Source: the human T2T-CHM13v2.0 reference genome, Homo sapiens. Taken from it: a DNA stretch of 64,000 nucleotides. The position numbers and the translations under genes were made by a program. Positions 1-16,020 of this stretch are shown here, piece after piece. Below the pieces are notes generated by a model, which saw only the letters and a program-made list of their open reading frames with translations, ran no database searches and was not told the origin of the DNA. Numbering within the stretch: position 1 is the stretch's first letter; each line of letters starts with the position of its first letter. The stretch lies in assembly GCF_009914755.1 (NCBI RefSeq), contig NC_060937.1; one strand, written 5' to 3'.

Positions 1-2885
1 CAGCCTCCAGCTTCATCCCTAGTTCCTTAATATGCCAACTGGAAAATGCCCACTGGAACATTATGAATTCATTTAATTATTTTTTGAGAAATTAAAATCA
101 TAACATAAATTTTACTACCCAGCTAAAGTCTAATTTTCATATGCAAATTTTGGATAAATTAATAGTATCATCCAATTTTTCAAGAACCTTGAATCCTGCC
201 AACTTATTTTTTATTGCTGTGAATAAATGCATATTTTTCAAAACTTGGCAAAAATATCTAGAAATAGTTATAGCAGTAATCAGACATAGATATCTCAGAT
301 GATAGAAAGATCATTTTTATCCAGATTAACTTCTTCTCTTAAATGTACAGCAGTCCAGAGCTAAAAATGAAACACAAAAAAATTGCAATTACTTTTTAAA
401 TGAAAAAATCCCTGTACTGCCATGAGATTAGTCCTTAAACCTGTAAGATTTGGGGAAAGAAATAATTTTTTGCTCCATTACCCTAAAACATTCCAAAGGA
501 ATATTAAATTTGAATGAGAACATTTAAAAATACCATTTAAAAAATTTTTCACTGATGATTAAACTGATGTTAAATTATTACACTTATTTTCTTGACAATT
601 TATAAAACTAACCTCTCTCTTTCAAACTCCATTATATTTTTAGTCCTGTAGAATTCCATTTGGATGTTATCTTGTTATTTTTGGTCAGTCTTTGAAGAAT
701 AACACCAACGATTATGCACCAGCAACCTGCCACTAAGTCACCTGCTTAAATAAGCGAGAGGCCGTCACTACTCAATACACTCTTCTTTTAATGAGCTAAT
801 AATTAAAGCTTTATTTTGAATATAAATAGTGCCATTTATACACAGAAACACACATGAAGATTATTTACTAAATCTCCATATTGGTGTTTATGAATCAAAA
901 TTTCTTCATTAAAATATTACCCTATTTAGTATATGAATTTTAAAAAATAAAAAATTATTTCCCAAGTCCATTCTAAAACCCTCCCTTGGTTATTATAAGG
1001 TTAATATATTTAAGAATTTGTCTGAACTTATTTCCATCTCTCCTACACAAAGATTAAGCATGAAACAATATATCCCCAGAGTAGACTGAATTCTGTGTGC
1101 AGACTAAATAACTGTCTACACAACTTGATTTTAAAGATTGTCCAACTCTCAACATTGAAATCTCTTAATACTATCTGAAAGTAGGGACCTTTGTACCTCC
1201 TTGCACTGTTATTGTCAACTGCTAACACCTGGCCATGGTAGATTAACAAATTAGATTTCCTATTAGCGTCAAACACTAAAGGAACAGAACAGAGAATCAA
1301 TGAGTTTCATAGAGTAGAAGACAGGCAGGAAGAAAGGTCAGAATGACTGCATGGAGCTCTGAGCAGCTAGGAAGCATCAGAAAAGCACTGGGCCACTAAA
1401 CTTCTGAGAGTAGGGAAGGCACTAAATAAAAGGTAGGGAATGTCAAAAGACACTCTAAAGAGAAATCCACGAGCTTCACTGAATCCACATTTTAAATAGC
1501 ATTATTTATATTTAGTGACATTTTCAAAATTTAATGTCAGAATCATGACGTTGAAAATAGATTCTGAAACTAAGGGGGAAAAATATTCCCTTAATTAAGC
1601 TCATGGAGGTAGTTGGCTGACTTTGGCAATGAAATTTAACTTATTCTTTTTTCCATTCTCTCATACGTACACTCTGCTACACCTTACTGAACAAGCTGAA
1701 AATTCAATAAATAAATGCATTCGTTAATGATTTAGTATAACCCGAAAGGAAAGGAAAGCTGCTGGAGCCACTCCACAGGTCTCCCACTTTGCCAAAAGCG
1801 ATTACTGTGTGTCAGGGCTGATGGCATGAACCCAGCTGTGGGAGGCCAGGGATGCGGGGAGGCTGCTGCCCCTGCAGCTGTTGCTGTGAGAGATGCTGAA
1901 GGCCTTAGAATCTGCACTCCCACAGTGACTGAGAAATGAGGGATTTGAATATGTTTATGTGAAGGGTTCTTCCTTCTTCCCCTTCATTATGCGCCAAAGG
2001 ATGTTCTAGTAAAACTCAAGACATCAGCTTAGAATATGTTACTGATCATAAATTAAATTGCTCACAGAAGGTGATCAATTTTTAATGTTTACACTCAAGA
2101 TGTTCTTTCTAATTAACACTTAGCTACATTTGTATTCTGTGTTCACTGTAGAAAATGTCTGAGCTTGCAGAGAACTGCAATAAGTTGTAAGACATCAAAC
2201 TGCCATAATTTTCAAAGTTACACTCTTCAGCTAAAGAAAAAGGATTTAGCTTCAGAGCACTGACACCATAAAGGGACCTAAGTTATTCTTCGGAAGTAGT
2301 GGGAAGTTACTCTGTATGAATAGATATTTTTAGAAAGTTACTTATATTCCTGATGTGGAGGTGGAAATTACCCATCCATAATGCCTATGATGTACTGAGA
2401 CATATATGTGAAAATTAAAAGTGATTTCCAAATTTAGCAAAAGCTCATTAATTTAGAATCTATTGATTTTTAATTAATGCTAATTGGCCACTTGTGAGCT
2501 ATATAGAACTATTTTAAAAAACAGATTATTTACTAGCTGTGTGACCTTGAGAAATTGACCTAACTCCTCAGATTGAAAGTGGGAGTAATATCTATATGAC
2601 GGTTTCTATGAGGATTAAATAACATATGTGAAGTACATATCAGTGCTTCACATATACTATTAGTTTCTTTCCTGTGTATATTACCATATTTACTTGCATT
2701 GTGCTTCTTGGTACTTTCTCTTTAAAAATGGGAATAACAGTTGATCAGGAAATATTTATGTATCTCATTGTGGAAAATACCGCTTCTGGCAGTGTCTGGG
2801 GTCCTGCGCCAAGACAGGAACAATTCAGGGAAGCAGGCCAAGGACTTTGACTTACTCTGCAAAGGAAAAGGTACTATATGTCAGT

Positions 2886-3190
<305 letters not shown>

Positions 3191-3235
3191 TGAGTCATTT
3201 AGAGGAAAACTAGTGTCCACAGAAAACAGACATTT

Positions 3236-3589
<354 letters not shown>

Positions 3590-3627
3590 TCATGGTGCCA
3601 TTGCCAATTCTATAGAAAAGAAGATTA

Positions 3628-3944
<317 letters not shown>

Positions 3945-3945
<1 letters not shown>

Positions 3946-4032
3946 AAAGAAAGAGAGAGAGAGAGAGGAAGGAAGGAAGGGAGGGAGGGAGGGAGGGAAG
4001 GGAAGGAAGGGGAAAAGAAAAAAGAAAGAAAG

Positions 4033-4101
<69 letters not shown>

Positions 4102-4188
4102 AGGAAGGAAGGGAAGGAAGGGGAAAAGAAAAAGAAAGAAGAAAGAGAAAAAAGGAAAGAGAGAAAGAAAGGAAAGAAAGAAAGAAAG

Positions 4189-4223
<35 letters not shown>

Positions 4224-4273
4224 GAACGAACGAACGAAAGAAAGAAAGAAAGAAAGAAAGAAAGAACGAACGA

Positions 4274-4332
<59 letters not shown>

Positions 4333-4385
4333 GAAAGAAAAGTGAGGGAGGGAGGGAGGCAGGAAGGAAGGAAGGAAGAGAAGTA
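3945..4385 (+). repeat. Compound (GAAA)n/(GGAA)n/(GA)n purine microsatellite
   Basis: About 440 nt, almost purely A/G, with a few GAAC variants. Confidence 0.97.
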
Positions 4386-5804
4386 AATAAAATAGCATGG
4401 ACTCTTCTCATCCTTATATTCTCTCTAAATTGCATTTTTGTTTTCTTTTGTGTTTTTAAGGATCTGCAAGAATATCTCTAACATGGAGATTTCCAAGTTT
4501 TCTTAGTTTGATGATAGAGGAAATTTCAGGCTTAGACGATGATAGTAACAAAGGAGAAAAATTGGCACTAGGATAGGTGGGTGGAGCCAAAACAGATTTT
4601 ACAGACTGATGAAAGTATGATTTTGGCAAAATGGACAGAAATTTTTGGCTCTGTATATGCTCAAAATAGCTGTTGGGATGATAAAATATTAAATCATAAA
4701 TGTATAATTTTTACTAGTGGTGCACTAACTTCCTAGGAAGATCTCAAGACATGACTCTGAAATTAAGTATCCTAAAGTGTGTTTCTAGAGCTATAAATAA
4801 CCTCCTTCTATGTGTAATTCCAATAATCCATGCAAATGTTGCTTTCAGATATCCATGGAAATTTTTGGTACATGACTAATTAAAATTATTGTTTAAGCCC
4901 ATGGCAAGTCACTGGTGCACTAAACAAGACAATGAGAGTGTGCATGATTGTCATATTTAAACCAAAGCTGTGAGAGAGCTTCCTGGTCCACTGTTTCTGG
5001 GATATCTATTATAATTTGCCACACGTTGAACTATAAAAAATGATGTGTCTTTAGCTAACTCAACTTTAATTTTCTTGTATCTTACCCAATTTCCCAAATA
5101 TTTTCTAAGTATTGCAATGTGAATAAATTTTCTAACAGTAAAACAGGATATAGTTTTATGGAGTTTTATTTTCTGAAGTAGATAACTCAAGAATGTAAGG
5201 AAGTAAAGCAAAAAAAAGAGACTCAAGTGATTTTTTTGTTAGCCTGATAATTAGTTTTTGTTTTCTTTTTTAATCTGAAGATCTGTGGAGGAAATGATTT
5301 TACTTTATAAATAAGAAACTTGGACTTATATCAGCAAGAATTCTATTGGCTGGGCTCACACAATCTGGATTAACAGGGAACACTCCTTGAAACTTTTTAT
5401 TCTTTTTATTTTGTTAAACTATTTCAGATTTACTTTTTATATGACACTTGAGTCACTATGAGTCAAACTGGGTAGTGATATCATCTAACCTCTGGAAGGG
5501 TAAATAGTTCAAAAAATAGTAGCTCTGATCAATGCTTCAAAATTCTGTTGCACATTAGATTCAGCAGAGTACCATTCAAAAACATATAATACCCAGGTCC
5601 CAGGTGGGTCATGTCTTAGTATTAGTTCTTTAAAAACGCTACTCAGTTGATTTTAATGTGCAGATAGAATTAAAAACTACTGCTTCAGATAAAGCATTTT
5701 TTTTTTTTTACATAGAAAAGAGCACTTCAAAGGGTTATGTCCATCACAGTTCCCAGAATATGGAGAATGATCAATAAAAGTTAGAACTTCAACTATTTGA
5801 ATCC

Positions 5805-6040
5805 ATCAGGTTAAACTTTTTCTGTAATGGGTCTGACAGTAAATACCTTAGGTGTAGAAGGTTATAGGGTGCCTGTCGCAGCTACTCAACTCTGCTGGTA
5901 TTCAATCCTATCATTGTAGCACAAAAGCAGCCACAGACAATATGAACCAAATAGGTCTAGCTGTGCTCCAATAAAACTTTATTTACCAAAACAGGCAACA
6001 TGTTGGATTTGGGCCACTGGTCATAGTTTGCCAACCCTGG
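5805..6040. mobile_element. MER58-like hAT-Charlie MITE
   Basis: AAACTTTTTCTGTAATGGG...CTACTCAACTCTGC...CCAATAAAACTTTATTTAC...TAGTTTGCCAACCCTG. Confidence 0.7.
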
Positions 6041-6189
6041 CAATACATCACCTCTCAATTTTTGCAACTTTTTGCAATTTTATCACTATAGCTTTATTTT
6101 ATAGTTTAAAATATTATTTGTTTATAAAATATTGCCATGGATTAAACCACTAACTAGCTATTATATGTGATTATTAAAGAGTTAGTGTA

Positions 6190-6501
<312 letters not shown>

Positions 6502-8342
6502 TAAAGAGTTAGTATAAATAAAAATGACCAAATAATAACCTCTGCCCTTTTGATGAGATTACCATCTCTAAAGATACTGGTTTTTAGAGAATTTAATTTA
6601 ACTTTATTTAGCCTAGCTAATATAATTTATAAATTATACTTACTGGGATATGAAGTGATTAAATAGAAATTTCCTAGTGCTACTACTTCTAGAGGACAAG
6701 AGCTCTTTAATTGTATTTCATAGAAAGTACTGTAGTCAAGAGTAGAAAATATGAAATATACATAAGGGCCACTTTCCTCTCTAGGAAAGACATTGCCAAT
6801 CAATTATACCTGATCCTGGATGTGATCTCCCAATACTTCTTACTATTACTCCAGGCAGTCACCACAAATCAAAGTTTGCAGACAAGATGAAATCTATGTG
6901 ACATTCTTAACACAAGAGGAGATGTGTTTCCAGCTCCAACAACGTGCAGGAAATTATTCTTTGCTCCAAGGGTATAAATGCCCTTCCCACCACCACACTG
7001 AAGAGTGTGCTGATCTTACAGAGGAAGCATAGAATCACATGTTAATGTTTGTTAGAGATGCAGAAAATTGCAGCAAGTCACATCTTATCCAAAGTAGGTA
7101 GTCAGCATTTTGCATAGCATGCTTGGAAGAAAGAAAAGATTCCCATAGAAATCAATTGATTAAAAAAAAAATCTATAGCTAAAGGCTGTAATTTAAACTT
7201 AAGCAAAAGGAAATAGTAAAAACTTTTCTATAATTTACATAAAATAAACTCTGAAGCAGAGGTTTTGGGGCAGCTAGTATGGGACTAGAGAAGTGTGGGG
7301 CACACAAAAGGAGATTTAGATTGAACCGGAACTTTTTCCTGTCTCATTCTTCATGACTGGTAGCTGGCACTGGCTTTAACCGAGAAATCTCAATTCTCCT
7401 CTGGCTTCTCATCCTCCAGTGTACTAGATCAGCTTCCTTATATGAGAGTGGTGTTGGGGGACATTCCAAGAAAGCAAAGGCCTTTGAGGCCTAGATTCCT
7501 GAACTTACACAACATCAGTTCAATTACATAATCTATTCGAAGCAAGATTCAAGAGGTAGGAAAAGAGACTCCACCTCTTGGTAGGAGGCACTATAAAATA
7601 CTGGAGTTATGTTTTTCAATCTGCCACTCACAGTGGAGCTGTAGTCTTACTTAACACATTCTTCTGATTCTTCATAAAGTTCTGAATTAAATTATTCTGA
7701 TTATTATGTATGGACAGCAGGACCAAATGGGGCCTCTCTGACAACATCTTAAGATTCTGATGCTCAGAGCAGCAAAAATTGTCTAATAAAATTCCATCAG
7801 AAAGAAGCATATTTCTGTCTAAGGATGCTACATCTTACATATGTAAGATCTTTCATGTTTGATTTCAATCTTTCATGTTTGATTTCATAGAATCTTAATA
7901 TTAAGAAAAAGAAAGAAACTTAAATATCATCCAATTCCACGTTAAGCAAAATTGCCAATTCACAAAAAATATACAACTTTTATTTCTTTAAAAGAATAGA
8001 TACAGGCCCACGGAGGGGAATAATATTTTTCTACAATTATGCTACCTTCTTTATTGAATTGTACAATACAGTTATTTTAGTAGCTCAAGGTTTAATGTCT
8101 GGTTATACTTCAGGAGAAGCAGCCAGGTGGGCAACATGACCAGTTCCTTGATTTTCCAGGTAAGAAACAGAGACAGGGAAACTAAGGGTCTTGCTCAAGG
8201 TTACAGAACTAACTACTGGCAAAATTGATGCCACAAGACAACACCCTTGCTCCCAAAACAATGTTTCCTCATTGCTCCATTAGGACAGTTACTCTAATTC
8301 AGGAAAAGTCATTATTCTCTAAGCCTTACTGATCTGGTGAGA

Positions 8343-8600
8343 CCAGAGGTCAGCAGCCTGTTTCTGGAAAGGGCCACATAAAAATTACTTTAGATTTTGC
8401 AAGCCTGGAAAGGGCCACATAAAAATTACTTTAGATTTTGTAAGCCATACAGTCTCTGGTTGCCACTATGCAACCCCAGCATTGTACCACAAAAGCAGAC
8501 TGACAATACATTTTTTTAAATGACCATTCTGTGGTCCAATCAAATTGTTTTTATAGAAACAGGCAACAGGCCAGGTTTGACCCACAGCCAATACTTTTCC
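8343..8600. mobile_element. MER58-like MITE with an internal 41-bp tandem duplication
   Basis: CAGAGGTCAGCAGCCTGTTTCTGGAAAGGGCCA...CAGGCAACAGGCCAGGTTTGACCCACAGCC. Confidence 0.65.
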
Positions 8601-8730
8601 AATACCACGCACTTGATTAAAGTCTAAACTATTAAGACCCCAATTCCTCATCCCTTTATGCATTCACATCCTTTGCCATGTCATCATTATGAGTTCAGTT
8701 TGTAAGTCCTTTATTTTGGGCTTGACCCTT

Positions 8731-9138
8731 TATTATGGGTCAAATTGTTTCCCCCCAGAATTCATATGTCGAAGTCCGAACTCCCAGTACCTCAGAATAT
8801 GACTGTATGTGGACATAGGGTCTTTATAGAGGTAATCAGCTAAAATGAGGTTATCAAGATAGGCCCAATCCAATCTGACTGGGGTCCTTGTAAAAAGGAG
8901 AAATTTGGAAACAGACACGCATACAGGGAAAACACCACGTGAACATGAACACAGCCATCTCCAAGGCAAGAGAGGGACCTGGAACAGATCCTTCCCTCAC
9001 AGCCTTCAGAAGGAACCAAACCTGTCAACCTCTTGGTCTTGGACTTTTAGTCTCCAGAGCTGCGAGATAATAAATTTCTGTTGTTGAAGCCACCCAGTCT
9101 GTAGACATTTTTTAGGACAGCCATAGGACACTAATATA
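8731..9138 (+). mobile_element. MaLR solo LTR (MLT1-type), apparently nested in an older MLT1 LTR (~8660-9440)
   Basis: CCCAGTACCTCAGAATATGACTGTA...AATAAATTTCTGTTGTTGAAGCCACCCAGTCTGT...CTAATATA; the flanks read as halves of another MLT1. Confidence 0.8.
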
Positions 9139-9886
9139 CCATGTGACTTGTTGTGCCCAGTGATGCTGGGCTAGAAGTGGCAAATGCCAGTCTGTAGACT
9201 AGGTCTTAAAAAACTTTGAGTTTTTCCACTTGCTGTCTCACCCACCTTCCATTGCTATGAGAAAATTATGCCCTAATGCTATTCTGCTGGTCTAAGAAGC
9301 ATGAGACACATTTGAACCAGAGCCATTCCAGCCAATCCCTACCTCCGGATGACCTGCAGATATACCAGCCATAATAAATTATTTCTGTAAAGCCACTGAG
9401 TTTTAGAATAGATTACTACATAGCAACAACTAATTGATTTAAATGTTAAATTTAACATTAGTTAAATTCCCAAAACACAGCTGTTTACATTCAATATAGA
9501 ACTATGACTTTTTTCTGCATGTGTTTTGCCTTTTCCACTGAAAATTTAAGTCAATTCCTAAACACGTGGTTTGCTATCCACAAGCCTTCTCTCTTCCTTT
9601 TTTCCTTCCAGTGAAAATAGTGATATGAACTGATGAATAAATGAAGTCGGCTTGCTCGTCTTCTTCTAACTTAGGCCGGCAAAATTGCTATGTAATCCCA
9701 CTCTTTTCCACAGTTGCAAAAATGTGCTCCGTTTTGCTTTCAGCAGCCTCGTTTCATCAGTCAGACTATTTCTTAAGAGATGTATCTATAGAGGGATAGT
9801 TTGCTGTTGTTGTTATTGTTGTTAATTAAATAATGCGATCCATTTTTAAACACACAGTTGTAAAATACCCTTTGAACAGACACACA

Positions 9887-10198
9887 GTTTGTTTGTTGGT
9901 TTGTTTGTTTGTTTGTTTGTTTGTGACAGGGTCTCTCTCTGTTGCCTAGGCTGGAGTCAGTGATCATACCTCACTGCAGCATTCAGCTCCTGGGCTCAAG
10001 TGATCCTCCCACCCCAGTCTCTGAGTAGCTAGGACTACAAGCACGTACCACCATGCTCAGCTAATTAAAAAAAAAAAAAAAATTGTAGAGACAGGGTCTC
10101 TCTATGTTGCCTAGGCTAGTCTTGAACTCCTGGCCTTAAAACAATCCTCTAGCCTCTGAAAGTGCTTGGATTGCAGGCATGAGCCACCACTCCCAGCC
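9887..10198 (-). mobile_element. Alu (AluJ-like) with (TTTG)n tail
   Basis: Reverse Alu consensus text. Confidence 0.9.
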
Positions 10199-10279
10199 AT
10201 ACACATAGATTCTTAACTTGTTGGTACTTTTCACAAATTACCTAACATTTTGGTCTTAGTTTTTGATTGGCAGAATGAA

Positions 10280-10990
<711 letters not shown>

Positions 10991-12237
10991 CATAACTATG
11001 CAAACATACATGAAAAGAAAATATAAGATTGTGATTAATAACTTCTCCATTTGTTATATGTGTAATCACTGTACCCTGCCCCACTGTATGCAAAGACTGT
11101 GACATGTGTGCAAAGACTCCCAAGCCCATGTGTAAGTGAGGAAGCCACTGAAGCTCGTGAGAGCCTAAGTTAGGACTTACCATTTGATAAAATGATGTCA
11201 ACATTACCATGGGCTTCCCCAGTCCTTAGAGGATGTGGATCACTCTTTAACCAGTCGCACGGAAAACTTGCCCTCCATGGTCTTGCAAGACCTAAGAACA
11301 AGGGTTAGCAATTCCCAGTAAACCATTTGCTATTTATGAGATCCTGGGCAAATTCCATGAACTCTCTGAACCTTAGGTTCCTGGTTTTAAATAGGAAAGC
11401 AATAAGTACCACACAGAATTATTATTAAGTTTAACAAAGATAATGCATGTGTGATTGAGTAAAAATTAATAACAGGATAGCTCTTCACCACCAACTTCCT
11501 TGTGAAAGAAGATTTTGTCTGTCTCATCTTCTCCCCCTTCCCCACCTTCCGAGAAGGATTCTGCTTTGCCCGTTGATTATTTGGAATTTGATAGTGCAGA
11601 ATCAGAAAAGAGAAAGTGGTAGAAGGAGAAAAGGTATATATATAGACTAAGGCTGTGGGACAAGCTTTTCAGGAAGACTTTGAGAGACAGAGAGAGATCT
11701 GGCAGCCCCTACAGAGGAGTAGAAAGTGAATGGGATATAAAAGGAAGAATGTTAAGAAGTGCGTATCCTCTTTATAAGTAATATTTGAGAATCAGAAATA
11801 TAGACCTGAGTAACCTCAAACCAACTTATATAAAAATCCTATTTGAGAGAAATAGTACAAACTGAAGAATAGCCTTTCTATTTTTCTGTGGATTAGGCCA
11901 GATCACATCAAGCTTCATATGCTTCTATTTGTCTTGCTTTCCAGAAATTCTTTCAGAGTTTCCCTTAAGATCCATGCCATTAACTTATACTGAAGGAATA
12001 ATAAACTCAAAAAACATATTTTATTTCGGGAGATTTTTTTTTCAGTGTGATGTCACGCTCAAGAAATTTCACTTAGAACATAAAGCCAGAGGAATTTCTC
12101 TCCTAAAGGTGTAATACGTTTTCCCTTCTGTAACGCTGACAAACGTGTGATTTTGGCTACCATTAAGTTCAGAGTCAAATTTCTAGCTCGACTTTTGTTA
12201 ATGATTTAAATTAAATTTAAATGATTTTTAAACTTCT

Positions 12238-12530
12238 GGCCGGATGTGGTGGCTCACACCTGTAGTTCCAGCACTTTGGGAGGCCAAGCGGGGAGGATTG
12301 CTTGAGCCCAGGAGTTTGAGACCAGCCTATACAACTGAGACCTCATCTCCAAAAAAAATTAAAAATTAGCCAAGCATGGTGTTGCCCACCTGTAGTCCCA
12401 GCTACTTGGGAGACTGAGGTGGGAGGATCGTTAGAGCCCATGACATCAAGGCTGCAGTGAGTTGTGATCATGCCACTGTACTGGGCAACAGAGTGAGAAC
12501 CTGTCTCAAAGAAAACTTAAAATTAAAAAT
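12238..12530 (+). mobile_element. Alu (AluJ-like)
   Basis: GGCCGGATGTGGTGGCTCACACCTGTAG start; J-type GGATTGCTTGAGCCCAGG. Confidence 0.9.
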
Positions 12531-12644
12531 AAATAATTCTAAGTTCTATCTATCTGAATTTGAGCTGCCTTCTTCCCACTTTCACTTGCTTACATCAGAT
12601 CATTGGGAATGGATGTAGATAATAATACCAGAACAGGAGGATTT

Positions 12645-13129
<485 letters not shown>

Positions 13130-13888
13130 TGAAGTTGCTGGGAGAGGACAAAGAGGTAACAGACTTCCTTTGTGTGTCGGTGGGAGGAGTGTCAGTGGGA
13201 GTAGCCTTAAGATAATAATCAATCAACACACATTTAAGAGCTATAGTAAGCCAACAAGAGTAGAGCAGTTTATTGGAGCTTCAAGAGTCAAGGCTAAATG
13301 ACACAAGGCTAAAAGATCCTTATGAATCTTGACCCAGCTTAAAAGATCTAAGTGATGAGAACAACTTAAAGTGTTTTGGTTCTAGAATTTAGAATTCTTC
13401 TGCGTGAAGAATTTAATCAGGTGACTGCAAAGTGTACAGTTTTCATTTTAAAATAACAGGAGATTGAACCTTGGAGCCCCACCAGAAAAGACTAAATGTG
13501 CTTAGGGATGATGGCTTAGAGAGGTTTAACCAGCTGGAGGTGAAACAGTTTGCAACTGAACAATCTAGATGGTTATGTGAAGTACTGTGCCATGCAGAGT
13601 CCTCATAATTTATCTCTGTAATTATAATATCAACCCTAGACCTTCATTTAAAAGAAGAAAATATTTGAACCATTATTGACTCCAGAAGGCAATATAAGGA
13701 GCCTTTTTTTTTTTTTTTTTTTTTTTCAGAAACCTTTTATTGGTTTCATTAACAGAATCTGGCATGTCCACTTTAGTTCTCCTTAGCTAAACTTAAACAG
13801 ACATTTCAATGTAAGTCTACTTAAGTAAACTAAAAACAAGACACATAGAGTCACGCCCAACAAGAACCTTAGAAACCATCTAGTCCTA

Positions 13889-14205
<317 letters not shown>

Positions 14206-15198
14206 ATTTCCTAGTCCTAGCTCCTCATTTTACAGGTTGGAAACCAAAATTGATAAAGGCCAGAATCACATGTCTTAGCTAATGGCAAGAACCTGAGGCC
14301 TCTGGATGCTCTGCGATCCTGTTCTGTCAGAAATGCATGAGGTTACTCTGCCCAAACCCCACCAATGCAAGTTATAAAAATGATTTTGAAGCTGTTTCTG
14401 AGGCAAAAACAGAGACCCACAGCTCTGCAATTCCATTTGCCAGCCCCAGTTCACATTTGCTTTTTTTTCTATCAATTATACAAATTAAACTTCTCTAGTT
14501 TTCAAATTCCAGAATAATTTGCATATTCCAATAAATTCCCAGGTGACTTTATTGAGCATAGGCGTTAGCAGTATAGACAAATTTCATCTTTTGACTTGTT
14601 GCTACATGTCTTCGTTTAGGAATCCCTTCTGGCTTTTATGACTCAGGATTTTCTTTAAAATCTCCTTGGACCAATATTTCTATATTTTCACTAAGGTTCA
14701 GTTAGCTCTTTTAAATTCAAAACTGTAATCTGCAGCTATGAAATCTGTTGCCCAGCAAGGTAAGCATACTTTGCAATTCTTTGGCAACCTTCTTTTTCTC
14801 TCCAACTTCTTCCATCCCATAATATTTACACTAAGTCTTATTTGTTCTTACTTTCACTCCATGAGTATTTCTTCTACCTACCAAGCACCCTCAGTCCAAG
14901 TTCAAGGAAAGATACAGAACAGAATCAAAAGTACATAAAATAATAGCAGATACATTTTCAGGATAATTGTTAATCCTTGTTTTGTGTACTTTACAATGTG
15001 TGGGCACACCATTTTGTTTTTTAATAACAATATCTTTCATCAGTTAAAAAACGTAGTTTCTATTTTTCCTATTATAATATGGCCGGTTATTTCCTCTTAT
15101 TTTTTAAAAATACCATTTTTGCTGTATCCTGTGTAACTGATACAGAAATAAGTTCACAAAAGATTATAAATTTTTTTTTGCAATAAGGAGTTAGTCAA

Positions 15199-15271
15199 GG
15201 CCAGTCGCGGTGGCTCACACTTGTAATCCCATCTCAAAACAAAAACAAACAAACAAACAAACAAAAACAAA
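15199..15271 (+). mobile_element. Internally deleted mini-Alu
   Basis: Alu head GGCCAGTCGCGGTGGCTCACACTTGTAATCCC joined to ATCTCAAAA and (CAAA)n; TSD GAGTTAGTCAA. Confidence 0.85.
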
Positions 15272-15294
15272 GAGTTAGTCAAAACAAGTAGCTT

Positions 15295-15596
15295 GGCCGG
15301 ATATGGTGCTCACGCCTGTAATCCCAGCACCTTTGGAGGCCGAGGCAGGCTGATCACCTGAGGTCAGGAGTTCGAGACCAGCCTGGCCAACATGGTGAAA
15401 CCTCATCTCTACTAAAAATACAAAAACAAATTAGCCAGGCATCCACTGTGGCACAAGCCTGTAATCCCAGCTACTCAGGGAGCTGAGGCAGGAGAATTGC
15501 TTGAACCTAGGAAGTGGAGGTTGTGGTCAGCTGTGGTCAAGCCACTGCACTCCAGCCTGGGTGACACAGTGAGACTCCATCTCAAAAAAACAAAAC
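15295..15596 (+). mobile_element. Alu (AluSx-like)
   Basis: Full dimer; TSD AAACAAGTAGCT. Confidence 0.93.
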
Positions 15597-15759
15597 AAAC
15601 AAGTAGCTAATTTTTGGAAGACTTTTTGCAAGGATTAAATTCACAAATCTTAGATGAGCCAAGAGCTGGAAACTTCCAGCAGATGCAGTCAGAGAAGTGA
15701 GTAAGAATGAGTCTTACCCCTTGCATTTATTGGGTTCTCTTATGAGATTTAATATGATA

Positions 15760-16020
15760 AATGAGCACGGTGGCTCAGGCCTGTAATCACAGCACTTTGG
15801 GAGACCGAGGAGGGTAGATCCCTTGAAGACAGGAATTTCAGACCAGCCTGGCCACCATGGTGAAACCCCGTCTCTACTAAAAATACAAAAATTAGCTGGA
15901 CTTGGTGGCACGTATCTGTAATCCTAGCTACTCAGGAGGCTGACACTTGAGATTCACTTGAACCTGGGAGGTTGCAAGATTGCACCACTACACTCCAGCC
16001 TGTCTCAAAAAAAGAAAAAA
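15760..16020 (+). mobile_element. Alu (diverged, small deletions)
   Basis: GGTGGCTCAGGCCTGTAATCACAGCACTTTGGGAG...CACTCCAGCCTGTCTCAAAAA. Confidence 0.9.
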
